DNA from: Eledone cirrhosa
Taxonomy: Eukaryota
DNA length: 64,000 nt
Reading direction: 5' to 3'
Assembly: GCA_964016885.1 (NCBI GenBank)
Contig: OZ024748.1
Location: 124,001-188,000, forward strand
Shown: in pieces, positions 52,236 through 64,000 of the stretch
How the letters are laid out: every line of letters begins with the position of its first letter
How positions within the stretch are numbered: position 1 is the stretch's first letter
Position numbers and translations under genes: made by a program
Notes under the pieces: generated by a model
The model's input: only the letters and a program-made list of their open reading frames with translations
Database searches by the model: none
Told to the model about the DNA's origin: nothing

Positions 52236-52590
52236 GGAGGCACATGGCTTAGTGGTTCGAGCATTGGCCTGGCAATCGAAAGGTTGTGAGTTCAATTCTC
52301 AGACCGGGTGATGTGTTGTTTCCTTGAGCAAGACACTTTATTTCACATTGCTCCAGTTTACTCAGCTGTAGAAATGAGATGATAGGGACTGGGGTCCATA
52401 TCATTCCACTGCAAAGTGGTCATGGAGGTGCCACGGCAAAAAAGCACTCAGCACTCACTGTAAATGAGGTTGGTGTTAGGAAGGGCATCCAGCTGTAGAA
52501 ATCAAGCCAGAATCAGTTCCCGTCCCACCCTTGCAAGCAGGGAAAAAGCGGACTTAAAACGAAATGATGATGATGATGATGATGATGATG
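52236..52590 (+). mobile_element. tRNA-derived SINE (array copy)
   Basis: Near-identical to 786-1140. Confidence 0.85.
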
Positions 52591-53236
52591 TATGTATGTA
52601 TGTGTATATGTATGTATGTATGTATATGTATGTATGTGTATGAGATGCAGTTTGGTTTTGTGCCGCTGAAAAGTGCAACAGATGCCCTCTTCTTAGTGAG
52701 ACAACTACAAAAGAGGTTCTTAGAGAAAAATAAGCCACTATACTTAGCTTTGGACATAGAGAAGGCTTTTGATAGAGAACTCTTATAAATGACAACATAT
52801 ATATATGTGTGTGTATATATATGTTTTTTTTAAAACTATATATTTATTACTCCCTTAAGCAGAAGAAATATATTCCCAGATATCGAAGATTACCACAATA
52901 ACTAGGGAGCGGAAATCAATAGATGCTGGACATTGCTGCTGAGGGTAGGATGACCTGATGAGCTGGCTCCTGTGGTGGATACCTAAACATAGTAAGACCC
53001 AAGTGGGATGACTGAGGTTCACCTACATACATCAGATGTCTCTGGATCTCCAGCTGGAGATTAATGATCTCAGGAATGCCATGAAAAATCGTGACATCTA
53101 AAAAAGAAGAGTAGAATTGTTCTGGCCAATCCACCTGACCTAATAAACAATAATAATATTAATATATATTGATGAAAATTAATTATGGTGAAATATCTTA
53201 GAAATCATTCTCAGAGGTTTTGTATTGTAATCCACA

Positions 53237-55234
53237 CTTGCTCCTTGTGGCTTCTGATGCAGACATCATGTCCGCCATCAGGTCCTTCCCAGCTAGCAGC
53301 TGCGGTGATGTTGATGGTCTCTGACCAGGCCTCCTCAAGGAGTTGATATCTCCCCTCTCCGCTGAGGCCGGGCGCCGCCTTCTGAGTGCAATTGTGGCGC
53401 TCACCAATAGGCTCATCCATGGCGCCCTGGACTCTTATGCTCGAGGCCTCTTTTTTTCAGCCAGCTTCACCGCTCTCAGGAAGAAAGAGGGTGGCATACG
53501 CCCCATTGCTGTGGGCAATGTCTTCCGGAGGCTGGCTGCCAAGGTAACCTGCAAGTCCGTAACACTCGGAACCGGCATCCAGGGACTCCAGCCACCTCAT
53601 TGTCAAGTTTGACATGAGGAATGCCTTCAACTCTTTACGCTGGGATCATCTGCTCGAGGCCTGCCTCAGCCGAGCCCCCTCTGCCTAGCTGTCATATGGA
53701 GCCCCGAGCATGCGACATGCTGCTGATGCGGTCATACCCTTGGCTACTGGGATCCAACAGGGCAACCCTTTGGGACCCCTCCTGTTCACCCTTGGTATTG
53801 ACCACATCGCCCGGAGTATAACGGCCCCTCTCAACGTTTGGTATCTGGATGATGCTACTTTGGGTGGGCCCGTACAGGCGGTCTGCCATGACCTTCAATC
53901 GGTGGTTCCTGCCCTGGCGGGAATCGACCTCCAGGTCAACTCAGCCAAGTCGGAGGTGGTGAATGTCAGCCTCGATGCTGCAAGCTTTGCAGTCTCCGTC
54001 TTGGACGTGCGGTCCATTCTCCGCCAGGTTCAGGTGACCCCCAAAGAGGATGCCCTCACCGATCCACCCGCCGGCCATCCGCTCCTCCATCAAGTCCAGA
54101 CTCTCACGAGCCGACTGGGCTTGATTGATGGCCACCCAGTTCTCTTTCTGCTGAGGAACTGCTACGCCATGCCGAAGCTCCTCTATACACTCTGTGCTAC
54201 ACCTAAACTTGTATCCGAGCAGCAGCCGATGAGATATGCAACTTTACCTGTCAGGTATGGCGGCCTTCGCCTCCAGTCCCCGATCTCACTAGCTTTGCCG
54301 GCATATCTTTCGTCGGTAACCTCGTACCACGTCCTCCTCAGCAGGGTTCTTCAAAACACAACAGAACCCTCTGTGTTCAGAGAACGCGTCGCCGCCTGTG
54401 AGACGTGGGACCGGCTGGGACTTAGCCCAGTAGACGTTCCTCCTCCTTCTCCCCCTGTTGACATCAAGTCCCCCCCAACACACTTGGGATGCCATCCAGT
54501 GCAGCCTGGCCTCAGACAGGCTCACGCGCCAGCTCGACCAGCACCGCCTTGTTTGTTTTCGTGCAGCCTCCAAACCCCACAGTGGGGCCTGGCTCCATGC
54601 CCTGCCCTCCTTCTCCACTCGCACGCAGCTAGACAACAATAGCTTGCGCATCGGCGTTTCCCTGAGGCTCGGCCTCTCACCAATGTCGCTGCCGTTCCAC
54701 CATGGACTCTTTCGGCCTCCACCCGCTTTCCTGTCGCCACAGTGCCAGCCGCAATCCACGCCATGCTGCCCTCAACGAAGTCATTAAGCATGGCTTGGAC
54801 GCTGCAGGCTTCCCTTCCCAGCTCGAGGGGACGGCAAAAGGCTAGATGGCATGACCATCTTCCCGTTCCGCGGTGGCAAACCCCTCGTCTGGGATGCCAC
54901 TTGCACCGACACTTTCTGCAGCCGCAACCTGGTGCAGTCTGCGACTGGCCCAGGTTCTGCTGCACGTCAGGCTGAGGGGGCCAAACTCCTCACATATCGT
55001 TCACTCTCCGACAGGTTTGCGGTCGTACCCCTGGAAGTGGAGACTTCTGGTGTCCTCGGCCCCAGGGCTACCTCCTTACTCACCACCATAGGCGCTGAGC
55101 TGGCCAGCCGCAGGTGTGAGCCCCGCGAGTTGGAGTGGCTTTTCCAGCGCGTCTCCCTTGCCGTGTTCCGGGGAAACGCCTTCTCCATTCTGTCCGCCGG
55201 GGCTGTGGGTGGGTCCCATCGCGTACCGTTATGA
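53237..55234 (+). mobile_element. Degenerate CRE-clade retrotransposon, copy 8 (B/A recombinant)
   Basis: As copy 5, with an isolated B-type marker (IDGHP). Confidence 0.88.
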
Positions 55235-57080
55235 ATGTATACAAAACAACTAAATCTCTTAAATAACTTCACTTATATCCAAAACATGATTTGTATATAC
55301 ATCAACAGTGACTCATTATTATACGCCAGTCACGACCCCACTGCAAAAACGATATCTATATAACAACCCCACCGTAAAACTACTCTTCCCCACTTTACAA
55401 ACACTTTATATTATTTGTCATTAAGGTTTCTTAAAATAAATATATATACGTATGTGTAGTAATTAGTACGGAGACTGAGAGAGAAGGGGCGAGTGTGTCT
55501 TCATGGAGGGCACATGGGACCAGCAAAGCCCTAAAAGTAGAGACCAGTAAATGAGATAAGGTCCTCGCTATGTTAAGAATATAAATAAGAAACATGTTCT
55601 ATACATTTAAGAAGACAAGAGAAACATGTTCTAAACATTTAAGAAATAATTATTTACCTCTTTCATGTCGGTAATATAGCGGTGTTATAAAACTAATTAT
55701 AACGACCGGTGTTAAAATAGAGAGAGATAGACAGATAAATGTGTGTCACACTCTCACCCTCTCTTTAAATCTTTTACACTATCTAACTCGTACTTCTCAC
55801 ACTCTCTTTAAATCTTTTACTCTATCTACCTCTCATTTCTATCTGTGTATGTATGTATGTATCTGTCTATGTGTAACTCGGTGTACTGGAGCAATATGAA
55901 GTGAAGTGTCTTGCTCAAGAAGACATTTTGTGGAGTTATATCATCGTTTCTTGTTATAAAGCTACTTATACTACCGGCGTAACAGTGGCTATAGGTGATA
56001 GATGTAGAAATAAAAGGCTGTAACAGCGATATAAATATAGATGAAATAGTTTACCACGAGACTAAGAATGAATGTTTAATGGAATTAAGTGTAATCTAAT
56101 AGGAAATAAGAGGCTAGAGCAGCGAAATGTTTACGTAAAATAAAAGAACAACAAACAAGAGTGCAACATTGAAATTTTTGTTTTTTTTTGTCGATATAAG
56201 CGTTATTTTATGCGCGATTTGCCTTGCTGCCGGCGCTGCTCAGTCAGTAGCAGCTCCGCTTACGAACTTCAGGAGCCAACGACTTTACATGGTTCGAATC
56301 TCACCCTCTCCGCTCTTGTCGAGTTATCTCCTACTCTTTTTACTTAGTTCCAGGTCATTAAAATAGAGCAAAGAGGGCGCGGCGATCGGCATATGCACTG
56401 GCTACAATGTTGAACTTTGGTACTGACTGCGTAGTTGAACGTTCCAGATACCAACCGCCCAACTGGCCAGTCAACCGCATATGCGGCTGGCTGGCCGGTT
56501 GGGTAGTTGGCATATGTACTGGCTACCATGCTGAACATTGTACTGACTGTCAAGTTGAACGTTCTAACCCTCTCTTTACATCTATTACTCTATCTACCGC
56601 TTATTTCTCCCCCTCTCTTTACTTCTATAACTCTATCTCCCACTCTCTTTACATCTATTACAGTGTCTCCCTGTATATATACACGTATATATGCACTAGA
56701 TTTTATAAGAAATCTACGTAATAATATAATTAACAATAGTTGATGAATTAGACCAGAGTTAATTAAACAATAAATATGAATGAAATAGCAGTAGATGGCG
56801 AAACTTGAGTGTTGTGTGTGCATACATATATATGAGGTAAACTGGTTCAAATACTGTCAGGATTATATTGGATCAAAGACTGTATTAAATAGAAAGTAAA
56901 AAGTGAAGTGAAAATATAAAAACAAACTGAAAATTTCCCCATCCCTAGAAAAATTCATATCTTGTTATATATAGATAATTGGCGCTTTAAATTGAATAAA
57001 TATTCATTTATATATATATATATGTATATATATATGTACACTGATATATATGTGTGTATATATATATGTGTATATATATA

Positions 57081-57123
<43 letters not shown>

Positions 57124-58151
57124 ATATCAACTTCATCATACGTCCGCTTTTCCATGCTTGCAAGGGTGGGGTGGGAGCTGATTCTGGATTGGTTTCTACA
57201 GCTGGGTGCCCTTCCTGACGCCAACCCCGTTTGCAGTGAGTGCTGGGTGCTTTTTTTTTTCCGTGGCACCTCTACGTCAGCTTTACAGTGTGGGCTGGGT
57301 GCTTTTTTGCCGCGGCGCCTCCACGACCACTTTGCGGTGGGGTGGTGGGGTGGTATGTGTATACCCAGCCCATTGTCATTTGCCACACAGAAAAGCTTAT
57401 AGCATCGTTCTTTACCCACGATGAATCTAGCAGACCCACCCCTCCACCTGGTCTCTTGAATACAACAAACATCGACCTCCTTACGTTCAAGCATTTCTAC
57501 AACCTCGTTAGAGCCACCCTATAAGGTGCCTACATTAATGGTACCAACTCTGAAGTTTTGGATTGCGTTTGGAGGTTGGGAGCGGTGGGGAGCGGGGATG
57601 GGGTTAGGGTTAGCCATCCGCGGCCGAAACAAAGAGGAGGAGCCCTTGTATTCTCGTCCATGAGGTGGATTTGTCTTTATGTATGTATATGTATATATGT
57701 ATGTATGTGTGTGTATGTATGTATATGTATATATGAGTGTATATGTGTATATGTATGTATATGTATGTGTATGTATGTGTATATATGTGTATATGTATGT
57801 GTTTGTATATATGTGTGTGTATGTATATGTGTGTGTATGTATATATATATATGTATGTATGTGTATATGTATGTATATGTATGTATGTGTATATGTATAT
57901 ATGTGTGTATGTATGTATATATGTATGTATGTGTATATATGTATGTATGTATATGTATATATACGTGTGTATATGTATATATACTTATGTGTATATGCTT
58001 ATGTATGTGTATGTATGTATATTTATATTATGTATATATATATATCTATGTATGTATATGTATGTATATGTGTATGTATGTGTATGTATGTATGTGTATA
58101 TATGTATGTATGTATATATATATGTATATGTATGTGTATGTATATGTATAT

Positions 58152-58503
58152 GGAGGCACATGGCTTAGTGGTTCGAGCATTGGCCTGGCAATCGAAAGGT
58201 TGTGAGTTCAATTCTCAGACCGGGTGATGTGTTGTTTCCTTGAGCAAGACACTTTATTTCACATTGCTCCAGTTTACTCAGCTGTAGAAATGAGATGATA
58301 GGGACTGGGGTCCATATCATTCCACTGCAAAGTGGTCATGGAGGTGCCACGGCAAAAAAGCACTCAGCACTCACTGTAAATGAGGTTGGTGTTAGGAAGG
58401 GCATCCAGCTGTAGAAATCAAGCCAGAATCAGTTCCCGTCCCACCCTTGCAAGCAGGGAAAAAGCGGACTTAAAACGAAATGATGATGATGATGATGATG
58501 ATG
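58152..58503 (+). mobile_element. tRNA-derived SINE (array copy)
   Basis: Near-identical to 786-1140, with one fewer ATG in the tail. Confidence 0.85.
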
Positions 58504-59149
58504 TATGTATGTATGTGTATATGTATGTATGTATGTATATGTATGTATGTGTATGAGATGCAGTTTGGTTTTGTGCCGCTGAAAAGTGCAACAGATGCCC
58601 TCTTCTTAGTGAGACAACTACAAAAGAGGTTCTTAGAGAAAAATAAGCCACTATACTTAGCTTTGGACATAGAGAAGGCTTTTGATAGAGAACTCTTATA
58701 AATGACAACATATATATATGTGTGTGTATATATATGTTTTTTTTAAAACTATATATTTATTACTCCCTTAAGCAGAAGAAATATATTCCCAGATATCGAA
58801 GATTACCACAATAACTAGGGAGCGGAAATCAATAGATGCTGGACATTGCTGCTGAGGGTAGGATGACCTGATGAGCTGGCTCCTGTGGTGGATACCTAAA
58901 CATAGTAAGACCCAAGTGGGATGACTGAGGTTCACCTACATACATCAGATGTCTCTGGATCTCCAGCTGGAGATTAATGATCTCAGGAATGCCATGAAAA
59001 ATCGTGACATCTAAAAAAGAAGAGTAGAATTGTTCTGGCCAATCCACCTGACCTAATAAACAATAATAATATTAATATATATTGATGAAAATTAATTATG
59101 GTGAAATATCTTAGAAATCATTCTCAGAGGTTTTGTATTGTAATCCACA

Positions 59150-61146
59150 CTTGCTCCTTGTGGCTTCTGATGCAGACATCATGTCCGCCATCAGGTCCTT
59201 CCCAGCTAGCAGCTGCGGTGATGTTGATGGTCTCTGACCAGGCCTCCTCAAGGAGTTGATATCTCCCCTCTCCGCTGAGGCCGGGCGCCGCCTTCTGAGT
59301 GCAATTGTGGCGCTCACCAATAGGCTCATCCATGGCGCCCTGGACTCTTATGCTCGAGGCCTCTTTTTTTCAGCCAGCTTCACCGCTCTCAGGAAGAAAG
59401 AGGGTGGCATACGCCCCATTGCTGTGGGCAATGTCTTCCGGAGGCTGGCTGCCAAGGTAACCTGCAAGTCCGTAACACTCGGAACCGGCATCCAGGGACT
59501 CCAGCCACCTCATTGTCAAGTTTGACATGAGGAATGCCTTCAACTCTTTACGCTGGGATCATCTGCTCGAGGCCTGCCTCAGCCGAGCCCCCTCTGCCTA
59601 GCTGTCATATGGAGCCCCGAGCATGCGACATGCTGCTGATGCGGTCATACCCTTGGCTACTGGGATCCAACAGGGCAACCCTTTGGGACCCCTCCTGTTC
59701 ACCCTTGGTATTGACCACATCGCCCGGAGTATAACGGCCCCTCTCAACGTTTGGTATCTGGATGATGCTACTTTGGGTGGGCCCGTACAGGCGGTCTGCC
59801 ATGACCTTCAATCGGTGGTTCCTGCCCTGGCGGGAATCGACCTCCAGGTCAACTCAGCCAAGTCGGAGGTGGTGAATGTCAGCCTCGATGCTGCAAGCTT
59901 TGCAGTCTCCGTCTTGGACGTGCGGTCCATTCTCCGCCAGGTTCAGGTGACCCCCAAAGAGGATGCCCTCACCGATCCACCCGCTGGCCATCCGCTCCAC
60001 CATCAAGTTCAGACTCTCACGAGCCGACTGGGCTTGATTGATGGCCACCCAGTTCTCTTTCTGCTGAGGAACTGCTACGCCATGCCGAAGCTCCTCTATA
60101 CACTCTGTGCTACACCCAGACTTGTATCCGAGCAGCAGCCGATGAGATATGCAACTTTACCTATCAGGTATGGCGACCTTCGCCTCCAGTCCCCGATCTC
60201 ACTAGCTTTGCCGGCGTATCTTTCGTCGGTAACCTCGTACCACGTCCACCTCAGCAGGGTTCTTCAAAACACAACAGAACCCTCTGTGTTCAGAGAACGC
60301 GTGGCCGCCTGTGAGACGTGGGACCGGCTGGGACTTAGCCCAGTAGACGTTCCTCCTCCTTCTCCCCCTGTTGACGTCAAGTCCCCCCAACACACTTGGG
60401 ATGCCATCCAGTGCAGCCTGGCCTCAGACAGGCTCACGTGCCAGCTTGACCAGCACCGCCTTGTTTGTTTTCGTGCGGCCTCCAAACCCCACAGTGGGGC
60501 CTGGCTCCATGCCCTGCCCTCCTTCTCCACTCGCACGCAGCTAGACAACCATAGCTTGCGCATCGGCGTTTCCCTGAGGCTCGGCCTCACACCAATGTCG
60601 CTGCCGTTCCACCATGGACTCTTTCGGCCTCCACCCGCTTTCCTGTCGCCACAGTGCCAGCCGCAATCCACGCCATGCTGCCCTCAACGAAATCATTAAG
60701 CATGGCTTGGACGCTGCAGGCTTCCCTTCCCAGCTCGAGGGGACGGCAAAAGGCCAGATGGCATGACCATCTTCCCGTTCCGCGGTGGCAAACCCCTCGT
60801 CTGGGATGCCACTTGCACCGACACTTTCTGCAGCCGCAACCTGGTGCAGTCTGCGACTGGCCCAGGTTCTGCTGCACGTCAGGCTGAGAGGGCCAAACTC
60901 CTCACATATCGTTCACTCTCCGACAGGTTTGCGGTCGTACCCCTGGAAGTGGAGACTTCTGGTGTCCTCGACCCCAGGGCTACCTCCTTACTCACCACCA
61001 TAGGCGCTGAGCTGGCCAGTCGCAGGTGTGAGCCCCGCGAGTTGGAGTGGCTTTTCCAGCGCGTCTCCCTTGCCGTGCTCCGGGGAAACGCCTTCTCCAT
61101 TCTGTCCGCCGGGGCTGTGGGTGGGCCCCATCGCGTACCGTTATAG
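59150..61146 (+). mobile_element. Degenerate CRE-clade retrotransposon, copy 9 (haplotype B, keeps RPDG)
   Basis: Longest open stretch 59623-60699; B-type markers as copy 2. Confidence 0.88.
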
Positions 61147-62919
61147 TTGTTGAAGAAGAAACAGGGAGACAACAACTGGAATGTATACAAAACAACTAAA
61201 TCTCTTAAATAACTTCACTTATATCCAAAATATGATTTGTATATACATCAACAGTTACTCATTATTATACGCCAGTCACGACCCCACTGCAAAAACGATA
61301 TCTATATAACAACCCCACCGTAAAACTACTCTTCCCCACTTTACAAACACTTTATATTATTTGTCATTAAGGTTTCTTAAAATAAATATATATACGTATG
61401 TGTAGTAATTAGTACGGAGACTGAGAGAGAAGGGGCGAGTGTGTCTTCATGGAGGGCACATGGGACCAGCAAAGCCCTAAAAGTAGAGACCAGTAAATGA
61501 GATAAGGTCCTAGCTATGTTAAGAATATAAATAAGAAACATGTTCTATACATTTAAGAAGACAAGAGAAACATGTTCTAAACATTTAAGAAATAATTATT
61601 TACCTCTTTCATGTCGGTAATATAGCGGTGTTATAAAACTAATTATAACGACCGGTGTTAAAATAGAGAGAGATAGACAGATAAATGTGTGTCACACTCT
61701 CACCCTCTCTTTAAATCTTTTACACTATCTTTACATCTTTTACTCTATCTCCCTCTTATTTCTATCTGTGTACATATATATGTGTATGTATGTATCTGTC
61801 TATGTGTAACTCGGTGTACTGGAGCAATATGAGGTGAAGTGTCTTGCTCAAGAAGACATTTTGTGGAGTTATATCATCGTTTCTTGTTATAAAGCTACTT
61901 ATACTACCGGCGTAACAGTGGCTATAGGTGATAGATGTAGAAATAAAAGGCTGTAACAGCGATATAAATATAGATGAAATAGTTTACCACGAGACTAAGA
62001 ATGAATGTTTAATGGAATTAAGTGTAATCTAATAGGAAATAAGAGGCTAGAGCAGCGAAATGTTTACGTAAAATAAAAGAACAACAAACAAGAGTGCAAC
62101 ATTGAAATTTTTGTTTTATTTTCTCGATATAAGCGTTATTTTATGCGCGATTTGCCTTGCTGCCGGCGTTGCTCAGTCAGTAGCAGCCCCGCTTACGAAC
62201 TTCAGGAGCCAACGACTTTACATGGTTCGAATCTCACCCTCTCCGCTCTTGTCGAGTTATCTCCTACTCTTTTTACTTAGTTCCAGGTCATTTAAATAGA
62301 GCAAAGAGGTCGCGGCGATCGGCATATGCACTGGCTACAATGTTGAACTTTGGTACTGACTGCATAGTTGAACGTTCCACATACCAACCGCCCAACTGGC
62401 CAGTCAACCGCAAATACGGCTGGCTGGCCGGTTGGGTAGTTGGCATATGTACTGACTGTCAAGTTGAACGTTCTAACCCTCTCTTTACATCTATTGCTCT
62501 ATCTACCGCTTATTTCTCTCCCTCTCTTTACTTCTATAACTCTATCTCCCACTCTCTTTACATCTATTACACAGTGTCTCCCTGTATATATACACGTATA
62601 TATGCACTAGATTTTATAAGAAATCTACGTAATAATATAATTAACAATAGTTGATGAATTAGACCAGAGTTAATTAAACAATAAATATGAATGAAATAGC
62701 AGTAGATGGCGAAACTTGAGTGTTGTGTGTGCATACATATATATGAGGTAAACTGGTTCAAATACTGTCAGGATTATATTGGATCAAAGACTGTATTAAA
62801 TAGAAAGTAAAAAATGAAGTGAAAATATAAAAACAAACTGAAAATTTCCCCATCCCTAGAAAAATTCATATCTTGTTATATATAGATAATTGGCGCTTTA
62901 AATTGAATAAATATTCATT

Positions 62920-62954
<35 letters not shown>

Positions 62955-63395
62955 GTACACTGATATATATGTGTGTGTATATATATATATATATGTATGT
63001 GTATATGTGTACATATGTATGTGTATATATATACTAATATATATATATATATATCAACTTCATCATACGTCCGCTTTTCCATGCTTGCAAGGGTGGGGTG
63101 GGAGCTGATTCTGGATTGGTTTCTACAGCTGGGTGCCCTTCCTGACGCCAACCCAGTTTGCAGTGAGTGCTGGGTGCTTTTTTTGTTTCCGTGGCACCTC
63201 CACGTCAGCTTTACAGAGCGGGCTGGGTGCTTTTTTGCCGTGGCGCCTCCACGACCACTTTACGGTGGGGTGGTGGGGTGGTATGTGTATACCCAGCCCA
63301 TTGTCATTTCCCACCCAGAAAAGTTCATAGCACCGTTCTTTACCCACGATGAATCTAGCAGACCCACCCCTCCACCTGGTCTCTTGAATACAACA

Positions 63396-64000
63396 GTGGT
63401 TTCACTAAAATAAAAATTAAATTAAATTAAATTAAATTAATTATATTAGATAAATAGACATTGGGGTTCTCACCAAAGATTTTCAGTTATTTCTAAGAGA
63501 TGTAAAAGGAAAATTAAAAAAAGATTAATAGGACACATTAGACATGTCTCCAAGCAAGAATTGAACTTACAGACAAGGATCTCACCATCTCTGGTACTTC
63601 CCACTAAGCCACCAAGACTGCTACAAAGGTCTATTGAAAATTAATATTTATAAACCTACTTTCAAAATATAACTAATTTAATTAAAAATAAAATAAAATA
63701 AATAGACATTGGCGTTCTCACAAAACTTTTTCAGTTCTTTTTTCTAAGAAATGTCAAAGGAATATATATATATATATATTTTATTTTTAATTTTATTTTG
63801 AAAGTAGGTTTATAAATATTAAATTTCAGTACATCTTTGTATCAGTCTCGGTAGCTTAGTGGGAAGTACCAGAGATGGTGAGATCCTGTTCTGGGTGTTC
63901 AATCCTGGTCTGAGGGTTGAATTGGGGACTCAGGTTCAATCCTGGTCCATGAGATACATGTAAGGTGTCATGTTAATCTTTTATAATTTTCTTTCTATAT
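63396..64000. repeat. Triple fold-back, copy 3 (cut by window end; start of another long linker)
   Basis: Same junction gaatacaaca|gtggtttcac and same downstream sequence. Confidence 0.88.

Larger units (their letters stand above)
1..64000. repeat. Tandem macrosatellite: 9 head-to-tail cores in ~5.9-kb and ~10-kb unit types, running off both window ends
   Basis: Anchor ORF MTIFPFRGG starts at 3376, 9275, 19357, 29192, 35114, 41030, 46946, 54851, 60763 (spacings 5899, 10082, 9835, 5922, 5916, 5916, 7905, 5912). The 7905 spacing includes a 2015-bp insertion. Confidence 0.97.

Overview
AT-rich animal genomic DNA. The SINE/RTE families and (TA/TG) microsatellites resemble Octopus repeats, but that is inference from recall, not a database result. 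No intact host gene was found. The whole window is a head-to-tail macrosatellite with nine copies of a core. Each core carries a 5'-truncated, frameshifted CRE-clade (RT + CCHC + restriction-like endonuclease) non-LTR retrotransposon, followed by a tRNA-like A/B-box segment, a 60-bp palindrome between direct repeats, and RTE-LINE fragments. Cores are joined by either a ~1.1-kb linker (microsatellite + tRNA-SINE; ~5.9-kb unit) or a ~5-kb linker (triple fold-back, 5'-truncated RTE, minisatellite; ~10-kb unit). The copies are mosaics of two haplotypes. One unit holds a young 2011-bp non-coding LTR element with a 4-bp TSD. Its primer-binding region looks like a 32-nt tRNA-Trp copy read through m1A58, followed by a second LTR-end/PBS-like motif. 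Most listed ORFs are microsatellite or transposon-frame artefacts.
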